IMG/VR virus record: IMGVR_UViG_3300047472_000191
Span: 60,940 to 124,939 of that record
DNA length: 64,000 bases
Origin: a virus
Direction: 5' to 3' (one strand)
Positions within the stretch are counted from its first letter, which is position 1. Each line of letters opens with the position of its first letter. Below the pieces are notes generated by a model. It saw nothing but the letters and a program-made list of their open reading frames with translations, did no database searches and was not told the origin of the DNA. Positions 47,146 through 56,275 of this stretch are shown here, one piece after another. A program made the position numbers and the translations under genes.

Positions 47146-49659
47146 ATGCCGTTACCCTCAGGCTTAGCAACGGTCACCATCACCGGATCCGCCACCGCGC
47201 CCGGCACCGGAGACCCGCTGATCGGGCGCATCACCTTCACACCGGACGCACAGCAGATCATCGACCTTGCCGCCGGATCCCTCATCACGGGATCGGTAAT
47301 TGCCGAACCGGACAGCCTCGGTAACTTCTCGGCCACGGTACTCGCCCCTGACTCCGACGGTATTTCCCCCGCGCTGTGGACTTACAAAGTGGAGATGGAT
47401 TTCATCGGGGTAGACCCCTACATCTTCCACATCTCCATTTCCAAGAACACCCCCACCGTCGACTTGTCCACGCTCATTCCGATCGGCCCGACCACCGGCA
47501 ACGTCGTAGGCCCGTCCACTGTTCAGGGTGACCTCCACGTCACCGGCAATTTCACCGTGGGCAGTGTGGCCCCAGGCGTCATCGACCCCATCCCGCACGC
47601 CACCCGGCACGCCATCGGAGGCGTGGACCCCCTCACCCCGGCGGCCATCGGGGCACTGACCCAGACCACCGCAGACGGGCGCTACGCGGCCAAGTCGTCC
47701 GTCGTCCTGGACTGGATCAACCCGGACAACTACGGGGCAGTGGGCGACGGCACCACCGACGACACAGCCGCCCTTCAGGCCGCCCTCAATGCATGTCCGG
47801 CGGGCGGCGTCGTCTACCTGCCGGTGGGTATCTACCGCACCAGTGCACCGCTCAAAATCCCGCCCTACGTCACCCTCCAGGGCAGTCACGGAGGCGGGGA
47901 GGCACAGAGCACCTCTTCCCCGACCCCGTCCTGCATCAAGCCTCTGCCCAGCTTCACCGGCAACGCGGTCATCCAGATCCTCGACCAGCAGCTCGGCGGC
48001 TACACCTCCCTGTGCTCCGAGGTCGCGATCCGCAACCTGACCATCGTGGGATCGGGATCCCCGGCTGGTGTGGACGGCATTCTCGCCACCGGTCAGATCC
48101 AGATGCTCTCCCTGCGGGACGTCCACGTCCGCAGCGTCACCGGCAAGGGCATCAACACCGCCTACAACCTGAGCGCTCCGCCAGGACCGCAGGCCCCGTT
48201 TTGCTTGCACTTCGAACGTGTTTCCGTCCTGTGGTCGGGAAGCCACGGCGTCGTCCTCAACAACAGCACGGACTCGACCTTCAACGATGTCTACGTCCTC
48301 GGGTGCTCCGGCTTCGGCTGGTTCATCTCCGGGGCCAGCGGTTCTCAGTGGATTGCATGCCGCGCGGAATGGTCCGGGCTGGACGGATTCAACCTGGCGG
48401 GCAACACCGGCACGGAGACGTTCATCGGCTGCTCCACCGACCGGAATGGCCAGAACGGGTTCTCGGTCTCTTCCTCCGCCGACACGGGCACGATCATGCT
48501 GTCCGGCTGCCGGATGACCCGCGACGGGAAAAGCAGCACTGGCGCCGGGTATGCCGGGCTCAAGGTCAGCAGCAACGCGCGCAAAGTCATCGCCGACAAC
48601 CTGGTGATCACCACAGGGAAAGACGACAACGGAACCGGCAACCTGACCCCGCAGTACGGTGTGTCAGCCAGCAACTCCGCCTACGTTGTTGTGGCCTCGG
48701 GGGACCTCAACGGGGTGTCCGCCGGATGGAACGACGGTGGCGGCAACACCACGTTCCAGCGGGGCACCACCGTTACCGGTACCGGGATCACCTCGTCGAT
48801 GCCTCGCTTGGACCAGCTCACCGCACCGACCGCATCGGTGGCTCTGAACGCCCAGAAGATCACGGGCTTGGCCAACGGGTCGGCCGCAGCGGATGCCGCT
48901 GCGTTCGGTCAGATCCCCACCGCTGCCACATCGGTGGTGAACCCGACGACGTACGGGGCGGCCTCGGCTACGGGATCGTCAACGGCGTACGCGCGGCAAG
49001 ACCATTCGCATGGCACCCCGGCCATGCCCCGGCTGGACCAGGTCAGTGCGCCTACCGCAGCGGTGGCTTTGAACGCCCAGAAGATCACCGGTCTGGCCAA
49101 CGGGTCCGCAGCCTCCGACGCAGCCGCCTTCGGGCAGATCCCCGTCGCAGGCACCGCAGCGGGCACCTACACCGCAGGCAACGACTCCCGGGTCACCGGG
49201 GCGCTCCAGGCCGCCAACAACCTCTCGGACGTGGCGAACAAGGTGACGGCTCTCCAGAACCTTGGCGCCCCCGGCAAAACCTGCACCACGAACGAGACCA
49301 ACTCCACCGTCACTCAGCAGGCGTCCACTCAGCTGGTGGTGCCTGTGGTGGCTAACGCCGTCTACGCGGTCGCGGGCAAGCTGGCAATTCAGACTCCGTC
49401 GGCCGTGAACTTCGTCCACGGATTTACCGGCCCCACCGGGGCCACCATGATCTGGGGCGACTCCAGCACGTTCATCGCCACCATTGGCGGCACTGACAGC
49501 TGGTCAGGCACAGGGGCCACCAAGTGGGCGAACATATTCGGGACGCTCACCACTGGCGCCAACGCCGGAAACCTCACAGTGACGTTCGCCTCGGGCACCG
49601 CCGCAAACACGGCGACACTGGCAGCCGGGAGCCAAATCCTTCTTACGAGGGTCGGATGA
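47146..49659 (+). CDS. Tailspike-like protein 1, pectate-lyase-fold beta-helix
   Basis: YGAVGDGTTDDTAALQAAL..VYLPVGIY, parallel beta-helix repeats, fibre repeats. Confidence 0.8.
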   Translation: MPLPSGLATVTITGSATAPGTGDPLIGRITFTPDAQQIIDLAAGSLITGSVIAEPDSLGNFSATVLAPDSDGISPALWTYKVEMDFIGVDPYIFHISISKNTPTVDLSTLIPIGPTTGNVVGPSTVQGDLHVTGNFTVGSVAPGVIDPIPHATRHAIGGVDPLTPAAIGALTQTTADGRYAAKSSVVLDWINPDNYGAVGDGTTDDTAALQAALNACPAGGVVYLPVGIYRTSAPLKIPPYVTLQGSHGGGEAQSTSSPTPSCIKPLPSFTGNAVIQILDQQLGGYTSLCSEVAIRNLTIVGSGSPAGVDGILATGQIQMLSLRDVHVRSVTGKGINTAYNLSAPPGPQAPFCLHFERVSVLWSGSHGVVLNNSTDSTFNDVYVLGCSGFGWFISGASGSQWIACRAEWSGLDGFNLAGNTGTETFIGCSTDRNGQNGFSVSSSADTGTIMLSGCRMTRDGKSSTGAGYAGLKVSSNARKVIADNLVITTGKDDNGTGNLTPQYGVSASNSAYVVVASGDLNGVSAGWNDGGGNTTFQRGTTVTGTGITSSMPRLDQLTAPTASVALNAQKITGLANGSAAADAAAFGQIPTAATSVVNPTTYGAASATGSSTAYARQDHSHGTPAMPRLDQVSAPTAAVALNAQKITGLANGSAASDAAAFGQIPVAGTAAGTYTAGNDSRVTGALQAANNLSDVANKVTALQNLGAPGKTCTTNETNSTVTQQASTQLVVPVVANAVYAVAGKLAIQTPSAVNFVHGFTGPTGATMIWGDSSTFIATIGGTDSWSGTGATKWANIFGTLTTGANAGNLTVTFASGTAANTATLAAGSQILLTRVG

Positions 49660-49725
49660 CGCACCGTCCGGGACAGCTGCCTGCTGTCCCCCGCATTTCG
49701 ATTACGGATGTACAGGAGAACTGAA

Positions 49726-52700
49726 ATGCCGTTACCGCTGGGTTTATCAACGGTCACCGTATCGGGCCGGGTCACGCGTCCTGGTCAAGGCACGAACCCT
49801 GACCCGTTGGTCGGCCGCATCACGTTCATCCCCGATGTCCCGCAGATCGTAGCCACCGCATCCGGTTCTCTCATCTTCGGCACCGTCACCGCTGAACCGG
49901 ACGGTGCCGGGGATTACTCGGCTGTTCTTCTGGCCCCCGACAGCGCCGGTATTTCCCCCTCGGGCTGGACCTACCGGGTAGAAATTCATTTCCTCGGAGT
50001 GCAGGACCCCGATGTCTTCCGCATCGCCCTGTCCAAGAACAATCCCACGGTCAAACTGACCACACTCATTCCCGTGGGCCCGACTTCCGGGAACTCTGTA
50101 GGCAGCAGCACCATCGAAGGTGATCTGCACGTTCTCGGGGACCTGACGGTCGGCGGCAGCGCCTTCATCAACGCCCTGCCGCACGCGTCCACGCACGCTG
50201 TGGGCGGTACCGACCCGGTCACTCCCGCTTCCATCGGCGCCGACCCCGCAGGCGCCGGTACAGCCGCACGCGCGTACGCGGACAGCCTGATACCCAACGA
50301 CTGGATCAACGTCCGCAAGGCCCCGTACAACGCGGCCGGGGACAGCATCACGGACGACCGGGCCGCCATTCAGGCTGCGTTGGATGCCGCCCACGCTCGT
50401 GGCGGAGGCACCGTCTACCTCCCTGTGGGCACGTACGGGCTCGGCGCGACGCTGAACATGCCCGCAGGCGACGGAATCCAGATCGTCGGCTCCGGCTGGA
50501 AATCCGTCCTCAAGGTCATGTACGGGGCGAACTGCTACGCCATCACGTTCCCCGCAGCGGACACCCGCGTCGCCATCCGGGATTTGATGATCGACGGAAA
50601 CTGCGGCTCCCAGACCACCGCTTCGGGCGGCATCTACGCTGCGGGCGCGGTCGCGAGCGACTTCGAGCACATCCACTTCACCGCCTGCCGGGACGACGCG
50701 CTGTATCTCGGCCCGCAGACCGGAGGCGTGTTCGGCCACAACAACAGGGTCGTCCGCTGCCTGTTCGACCAGTCCATGAACTCGACTGGTCCGGGCCGGG
50801 GCATCCACATGGACAGCTCCGACGAGAACCAGATCATCGCCTGTGACTTCGAGTACCTGGGCGGATCAGGCGGTACCGGATCCGGTACCGCTTCCATGAT
50901 CTACGACCAGTGCGGCACCCAGTTCATCTCGGACTGCAACTTCGTCAACGGCGCCAACAACGTCATCGGCGTGCGGGTGCAGGACGCCAAGTCCACCAAG
51001 ATCACCGGCTGCAACTTCGACGGCCTCGCCGGGACCGCGATTTTCCTCGCCGCACAGCGGTGCATCGTCACCAGCAACACGATCTTCTCCCCGGGGCACT
51101 CCGGTACAGCGGGCCAGGCCTCCGGCATCCACCTGGAGTACGCCACCGCCGACAACGTCATCACCGACAACGTCATCACCTCCGACGCGGCCAACGGCAT
51201 CTCCCGGGGCGCCATCCGGGAAGCCTCCGACGGCGCCTCCGGCGGCAACAACATCAGCAACAACACGATCGTCACCCTCGGCACCTGGTCCTACGCGGCG
51301 CTCGACTTGAGCGGCAAGGGCTCGCAGGTACTGGGCAACATCGGCGGCGGCCTCACGGGCAACCAGGGACTGTTCGTCAACCCCAAGACCCCTGCCTACA
51401 AGGCGGTCGGCGACGGCACCACGGACGACACAGCCGCGATCCAAGCCGCCCTCACCGACTGCCCGCAGGGCGGCACCGTCTACCTTCCCAGAGGCGTCTA
51501 CCGCACCTCCGCTCCGCTGGTCATCCCGCCCGGGGTCACACTCCAGATGCCCCGCGCAAGCCTGATGGTCGTGGCAGGTCTGACCAACCCGCCGTGCGCG
51601 ATCAAACCGCTGGCCTCGTTCACCGGTGCCGCCGTGATCCTGCTCAAGGACGCCGCTACCGGCGGGTACGGCGCCATTTCAGCGGAACAGCGCCTCATCG
51701 ACGTCCAGATCGACGGCTCCGCCTACACCGCTACCGCACTGGACGGCATCCAGGCCAAGGGCAACGTCCAGAACGTCGTCATGCGGGGCGTCACCATCCG
51801 CTACATGTCCGGCAACGGCATCTACACGAACGTCAACGCGGGCTACTACCCGTACTCGTGGCGCCTGTACCGGGTGATGGCCGACAACAACGCGGGCCAC
51901 GGCTTCTCCTTCACCCTGATGACCGACATCACCATGTTCGACTGCCAGGCCATCGGCAACGTCGGTAACGGATTCAACCTGATAAACCTCGCCAACAGCC
52001 AGCTGACCGGATGCCGCTCCGAATGGAACGGGAACTACGGCTACCTGTTCACCGGCAGCTGGGGGTCCGGCACCAGCTCCGGCGGCGTTCAGGTCACCGG
52101 ATGCTCGACAGACCGCAACGGGTTCGACGGCATCCACATCGACTCCACCGGTACGCCCCCGCTCATTTTCAGCGGGCTGATGCTGCGGCGTGACGGCCGC
52201 AACGGCGGTACCGGAGGCGGCGGGTATGCGGCCCTCGCCACCTACGGCACCACCACTCCTATCGTCGTCACGGGACTGACCGTGTTCCCCGGGGTGGACG
52301 ACACCGGAGCGGGCACGAACAGCCCCCAGTACGGCATCAACGTGCAGAACGCCACCACGGTGTTCACGCTCAACAACGCGTTCGTTCAGGCGGCGACCAC
52401 CGCTGTCCGGGACGACGGCACGAACGGCAAGGTGCTCATCGGTCCGGCGGTCGTCACGGCCACCGGTACGACCGCCGCTCCGGTCATTGCGCCGACCTCC
52501 CCGTGGAACTGGCTCGGTACCGCGACCGCACGGCACACGACGGCGGCATCGAACATCCTCGAAGGCCGTGTGGTGGGGGAGAACTTCTCTCGGGCTGTGA
52601 TGCGCGCGGACGGTCTGATCGTCCTCGGGGACGGCACTGGTGTTCCGGACACCACCGGCTTCTACCGGGAGTCTGCGGGCAACCTCAAGACCGACGCCTA

Positions 52701-53031
52701 TCTGGTGGCGAACGGGAGCGGGCAGTCCAACGGCACGTGGACCGCGTGGGGAGCGGACAAGAAGGCTCTGCGGGCGGGCGGTGTCGGCGGCGGGGTGTCG
52801 GTTGCGGAGGGCACCAATGGGCGTATGGGCAACGCCACGCTGGCAGCGGGTACGGTGACGGTCGCGAACACGAGTGTCACCGCTACTACGCGGATCTTCC
52901 TCTCCCGGGCTACAGCGGGCGGCACGCTGGGCCAGCTGTCGTACACGAAGAACCCGGGTGTGGGGTTCACGATCAACTCGTCCACCGCTGAGACTTCCAC
53001 GGTGGACTGGCTGCTTGTCGAGGTGTCGTAG
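49726..53031 (+). CDS. Tailspike-like protein 2 with two tandem beta-helix domains
   Basis: GDSITDDRAAIQAAL and GDGTTDDTAAIQAAL; N-terminus paralogous to 47146. Confidence 0.8.
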   Translation: MPLPLGLSTVTVSGRVTRPGQGTNPDPLVGRITFIPDVPQIVATASGSLIFGTVTAEPDGAGDYSAVLLAPDSAGISPSGWTYRVEIHFLGVQDPDVFRIALSKNNPTVKLTTLIPVGPTSGNSVGSSTIEGDLHVLGDLTVGGSAFINALPHASTHAVGGTDPVTPASIGADPAGAGTAARAYADSLIPNDWINVRKAPYNAAGDSITDDRAAIQAALDAAHARGGGTVYLPVGTYGLGATLNMPAGDGIQIVGSGWKSVLKVMYGANCYAITFPAADTRVAIRDLMIDGNCGSQTTASGGIYAAGAVASDFEHIHFTACRDDALYLGPQTGGVFGHNNRVVRCLFDQSMNSTGPGRGIHMDSSDENQIIACDFEYLGGSGGTGSGTASMIYDQCGTQFISDCNFVNGANNVIGVRVQDAKSTKITGCNFDGLAGTAIFLAAQRCIVTSNTIFSPGHSGTAGQASGIHLEYATADNVITDNVITSDAANGISRGAIREASDGASGGNNISNNTIVTLGTWSYAALDLSGKGSQVLGNIGGGLTGNQGLFVNPKTPAYKAVGDGTTDDTAAIQAALTDCPQGGTVYLPRGVYRTSAPLVIPPGVTLQMPRASLMVVAGLTNPPCAIKPLASFTGAAVILLKDAATGGYGAISAEQRLIDVQIDGSAYTATALDGIQAKGNVQNVVMRGVTIRYMSGNGIYTNVNAGYYPYSWRLYRVMADNNAGHGFSFTLMTDITMFDCQAIGNVGNGFNLINLANSQLTGCRSEWNGNYGYLFTGSWGSGTSSGGVQVTGCSTDRNGFDGIHIDSTGTPPLIFSGLMLRRDGRNGGTGGGGYAALATYGTTTPIVVTGLTVFPGVDDTGAGTNSPQYGINVQNATTVFTLNNAFVQAATTAVRDDGTNGKVLIGPAVVTATGTTAAPVIAPTSPWNWLGTATARHTTAASNILEGRVVGENFSRAVMRADGLIVLGDGTGVPDTTGFYRESAGNLKTDAYLVANGSGQSNGTWTAWGADKKALRAGGVGGGVSVAEGTNGRMGNATLAAGTVTVANTSVTATTRIFLSRATAGGTLGQLSYTKNPGVGFTINSSTAETSTVDWLLVEVS

Positions 53032-53042
53032 CTGAGCGTCCC

Positions 53043-53291
53043 TCAGTTTTCGATCGTCTGTGACGTATCTCCGCTCCCCGCTCGCAGCAGCGGCAGCAGC
53101 AGGCCCCGCTGAAAAGCAGCCGTCAGCAGGGAGCGGTGCAGTTCGAGTGTCAGTTCGGTCATGAAGCGGTGCCGTTCGTGGTCCCGCTGCCTGCATGTCG
53201 CTGAGCAGTAGCGGGCCTTCCTGCCGAGCCGTCCCAGCAGGAAGGTTTCGCCGCAGCGCAGACAGTCGCGGGATGGTCCCATTTCAACCAT
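53043..53291 (-). CDS. Small Zn-finger protein
   Basis: CLRCG..GRKARYCSATCRQR. Confidence 0.7.
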   Translation of the reverse strand: MVEMGPSRDCLRCGETFLLGRLGRKARYCSATCRQRDHERHRFMTELTLELHRSLLTAAFQRGLLLPLLRAGSGDTSQTIEN

Positions 53292-53353
53292 GGATGGCTG
53301 GCCTCCTCGGAGTAGGTGTGTTAGTGTAGATACATCGAACAGGGAGGGTTATC

Positions 53354-53506
53354 ATGGACCTGGTCAAGCTGTTTCTCGGACTCCTCGCGTGCTACCTCCT
53401 CATGTGGTTCGGATGCTCCCGTCTGTACCGAGCCTGTATCGCCTGGGGCGAGCGCGATGCACAAAGACCCCAGCGTAGACAGCATGGAACCCACCGCCGC
53501 CCCTAA
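53354..53506 (+). CDS. Small membrane protein
   Basis: Motif promoter at 53322, GGAGG RBS, hydrophobic N-terminus. Confidence 0.55.
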   Translation: MDLVKLFLGLLACYLLMWFGCSRLYRACIAWGERDAQRPQRRQHGTHRRP

Positions 53507-53555
53507 AGGGCAGATACATCGTCCCTACCTACCCACACGCCTGAAAGGCCCCAAA

Positions 53556-54014
53556 ATGAAGACCCGTCACTTCCTCGCCGCCACGCTGCTGGCGCTCCTC
53601 CCGCTCACCGCCGCGTGCAACACCACCACGCACGACGAGAAGCACCCGGCCAAGTCGTCGGCCCCGGCCACCCCGGCGGCAGACCCCACCACGGAAGAGC
53701 CCGCGCCGGACTACACCCCGACCGCCGACGACTTCCTGGCGAGCGTCAAGACCACCCAGCGCCAGTGCTTCGGCTCCGCCGGGTGCAACGTCACCGTTGA
53801 GCCGGACCTCACGTACATGGGCACCGACACCATCGACCCGGACAAGACCTACTCGATCACCTACGAGATCCACGGGGACGAGAGCGGCCCCGTGATCGAT
53901 ACCCTGACGCTGTCGGACGGCACGTCCCTGCACTACCACTCGTCCATGCTGTCGACCAGCAGCTCCGGCACCGAGATCAGCATCGAGATCACCGACGTGG
54001 AGGAAACCCTCTGA
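53556..54014 (+). CDS. Lipoprotein
   Basis: Signal peptide with LTAAC lipobox; QCFGSAGCNV. Confidence 0.8.
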   Translation: MKTRHFLAATLLALLPLTAACNTTTHDEKHPAKSSAPATPAADPTTEEPAPDYTPTADDFLASVKTTQRQCFGSAGCNVTVEPDLTYMGTDTIDPDKTYSITYEIHGDESGPVIDTLTLSDGTSLHYHSSMLSTSSSGTEISIEITDVEETL

Positions 54015-54286
54015 TGGGGTTCAGCACGAACGACAGCCACGTCCGGGGCGATCTGTTCAACGAGTCGGGCAAGTGGAAGTACACCGTGGCCCTGGACTAC
54101 GGTTTCCCGGGATTCAACTACACCAGCTGGGACTTGTGGAAGCAGGCGCGGCTTGCCCTCGCCCACGCCACCGCAAAGGGTGTCTCCGGGGTCTCCATGC
54201 TCCAGGTCCCGAAGGGGTGGTCCCTGATCGTCCTGGAGCCCTGTGGGGAGTACAGCCACCCCATCACCGTGCACCACACCGACTGA
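54014..54286 (+). CDS. Hypothetical protein
   Basis: Coupled start; FNESGKWKY. Confidence 0.7.
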   Translation: MGFSTNDSHVRGDLFNESGKWKYTVALDYGFPGFNYTSWDLWKQARLALAHATAKGVSGVSMLQVPKGWSLIVLEPCGEYSHPITVHHTD

Positions 54287-54296
54287 AGGGCCCCTG

Positions 54297-54542
54297 ATGG
54301 AACCGGAAGCGATCCGCCTCCACGCCCTCAACGCCGCCGTACGAAGCAGCATTCAGGGCCGTGACCCGGTCAACGTCGTCACGCGCGCCCACTACTACGC
54401 CCACTACATCCGAGACGGCTCGGACACCATCAACTGCCCCTCCTACTGCGACCTGCGGGAGCCCGCTGTCCCGGCACCGCAGCCTGAGGACACGCCCCCC
54501 GGCAAGCAGTACGGGGCGGGGAACCCCCTCCTGAAGGGCTGA
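54297..54542 (+). CDS. Hypothetical protein
   Basis: ORF ending before a bidirectional hairpin at ~54546-54589. Confidence 0.6.
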   Translation: MEPEAIRLHALNAAVRSSIQGRDPVNVVTRAHYYAHYIRDGSDTINCPSYCDLREPAVPAPQPEDTPPGKQYGAGNPLLKG

Positions 54543-54626
54543 ACAAGAAGAGCCCCTCTAGCGTCCGATACTCGCTAGAGGGGCTCTTCCGTGCGTGGGG
54601 AACCTGCCGCTACAACGGCGAGAAGG

Positions 54627-54902
54627 TCAGCGGTTGCGCGGGTAGTCCTCCATCGGAACCGCCCAACGAGCCACCAGGTTGGAACCCTCAGGGCCGATCA
54701 CCGCGTTCGCCGGAACCCCGTTCGAATAGCACTCGGCAACAAAGTCGGTGACCGCGTCCAGCGTTGCGGCACCGGCAAGCGGGCGCACGAACGTCTTGGA
54801 GCGGAGCGGGTGAATGTGCTGGTACTGGGCAGCCGCTTTCGGGTCCAGGCGGGGCATCGGGTCCTCCAGGGCAGACAGGATGGGCGACAGGTTCTCCGCC
54901 AT
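54627..54902 (-). CDS. Hypothetical protein
   Basis: Convergent on the hairpin. Confidence 0.5.
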   Translation of the reverse strand: MAENLSPILSALEDPMPRLDPKAAAQYQHIHPLRSKTFVRPLAGAATLDAVTDFVAECYSNGVPANAVIGPEGSNLVARWAVPMEDYPRNR

Positions 54903-55057
54903 AATGTACCGCCATTCGTTGCGAAAATCCCACCCAGTACCAGCCAAAGAGATATGCTCCACACAGGTTGAGTCGCCCGCTTCAACCGTCCCAACCGCAG
55001 CCCCCGACGATCATCCCGTTGGGGGCTGCGGTGTGCAGGCACCAGAGGGAAGAACCG

Positions 55058-55474
55058 ATGACCCCCCGGGAAATCCGCCGACCGCGCGGAGAACAGCACC
55101 ACAAGGCGAAACTCACGTGGGAAGACGTCCGCACCATCCGCAAAAGGTATGCGGAAGGAGGCGTCACCATGCAGCGCCTCGCAGACGACTACCTGATCTC
55201 CCGCAGCACCGTCCGTCCGCTCCTGGCTGGCACCACGTGGGCGGATCCGGGATACGTGCCCTCCCCGCTTCCGGGCCCCAACAAGGGCGAGCGGGCCTAC
55301 ACCGCTGTTCTCACGTGGGAGCTGGTCAAGGAGATACGGCAGCAGTACGCGGGTGGTGAGAGGTCCATGCAGTGCCTCGCCACCGAATACGGAGTCGGCT
55401 CCACCACGATCTACCGGGTCGTCAGGAACCTCCGCTGGTACGACCCGGAGTACACGCCGCCAGCATCCCGCTGA
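55058..55474 (+). CDS. Tandem double HTH of the HNH C-terminal type, no nuclease
   Basis: RGEQHHKAKLTW..TTWADP and KGERAYTAVLTW..RWYDP. Confidence 0.75.
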   Translation: MTPREIRRPRGEQHHKAKLTWEDVRTIRKRYAEGGVTMQRLADDYLISRSTVRPLLAGTTWADPGYVPSPLPGPNKGERAYTAVLTWELVKEIRQQYAGGERSMQCLATEYGVGSTTIYRVVRNLRWYDPEYTPPASR

Positions 55475-55526
55475 TACAGATAGACCACGACCCCCGACGC
55501 TGGCTCCGTCGGGGGTCGTCGCGCGT

Positions 55527-55919
55527 TCAGGGGCTACAGCGTGCGGCACGCGCCTCGCGGATGTCGTCCGGTACGCCGTCCGGCGGGTACAGACTCAACA
55601 TGTTGTCATTGGCAGTACGGATAGCCTCCGCGATCTCCGTCTGATCGGGCTCGTCCCCCGGACGACGCATCCCCAGAACCTGGGAGACGTACCCGCGTTC
55701 CTCATCCGTGTACCCGAGTGTTCCCTCAGCCTCGTCGACCAGATAGACCCCAACGGCCTCAGCCGATCGGTTGCTTAGCGGGGGCACCCAGATACCCAGC
55801 AGCGGGTATCTGGAATACCTTGCTGTCTTACCCGCGTAGTGGGTCACATCGTGGTACGTCCAGCCCGGGGTCGACTGGTAAGTGTAGCCAGCCCCTTGGG
55901 CGCCTTGCTCGCTTGTCAT
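55527..55919 (-). CDS. Hypothetical protein
   Basis: GAGGAG RBS on the minus strand. Confidence 0.6.
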   Translation of the reverse strand: MTSEQGAQGAGYTYQSTPGWTYHDVTHYAGKTARYSRYPLLGIWVPPLSNRSAEAVGVYLVDEAEGTLGYTDEERGYVSQVLGMRRPGDEPDQTEIAEAIRTANDNMLSLYPPDGVPDDIREARAARCSP

Positions 55920-56037
55920 GTTAGTTCTGCTCCTCACGCTGCAAGCCTCAAAAGGCCCGCTGACCTGCGGTTCTGATGGCTTGTAATGCAGTCACTTACG
56001 TGAGAAGATCCTAACACTTTCAAGAGAAGGGATCAGC

Positions 56038-56220
56038 ATGGCCAACGAACTGGACTACCCGCTCAACGCCCGCGTCCCCCAGTGGATGGCAGAGGGCTTG
56101 AAGCAAGTCGCTAAGAAGCACCGGGTACGCGGCATGTCCGACCCCATCCGCTGGGCCCTCGAAGACCTGCTGAAGCGGGAAGGCATTACCGCTCCAGACG
56201 TCGAACAGACCGCAGCCTGA
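56038..56220 (+). CDS. Ribbon-helix-helix DNA-binding protein
   Basis: LNARVP..L..VA...MSDPIRWALEDLL. Confidence 0.7.
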   Translation: MANELDYPLNARVPQWMAEGLKQVAKKHRVRGMSDPIRWALEDLLKREGITAPDVEQTAA

Positions 56221-56275
56221 TCCGCACCCAGCCGCCACCCCTGTACACGTCAGCTGGAAGCGGAAAGAGTCCACT

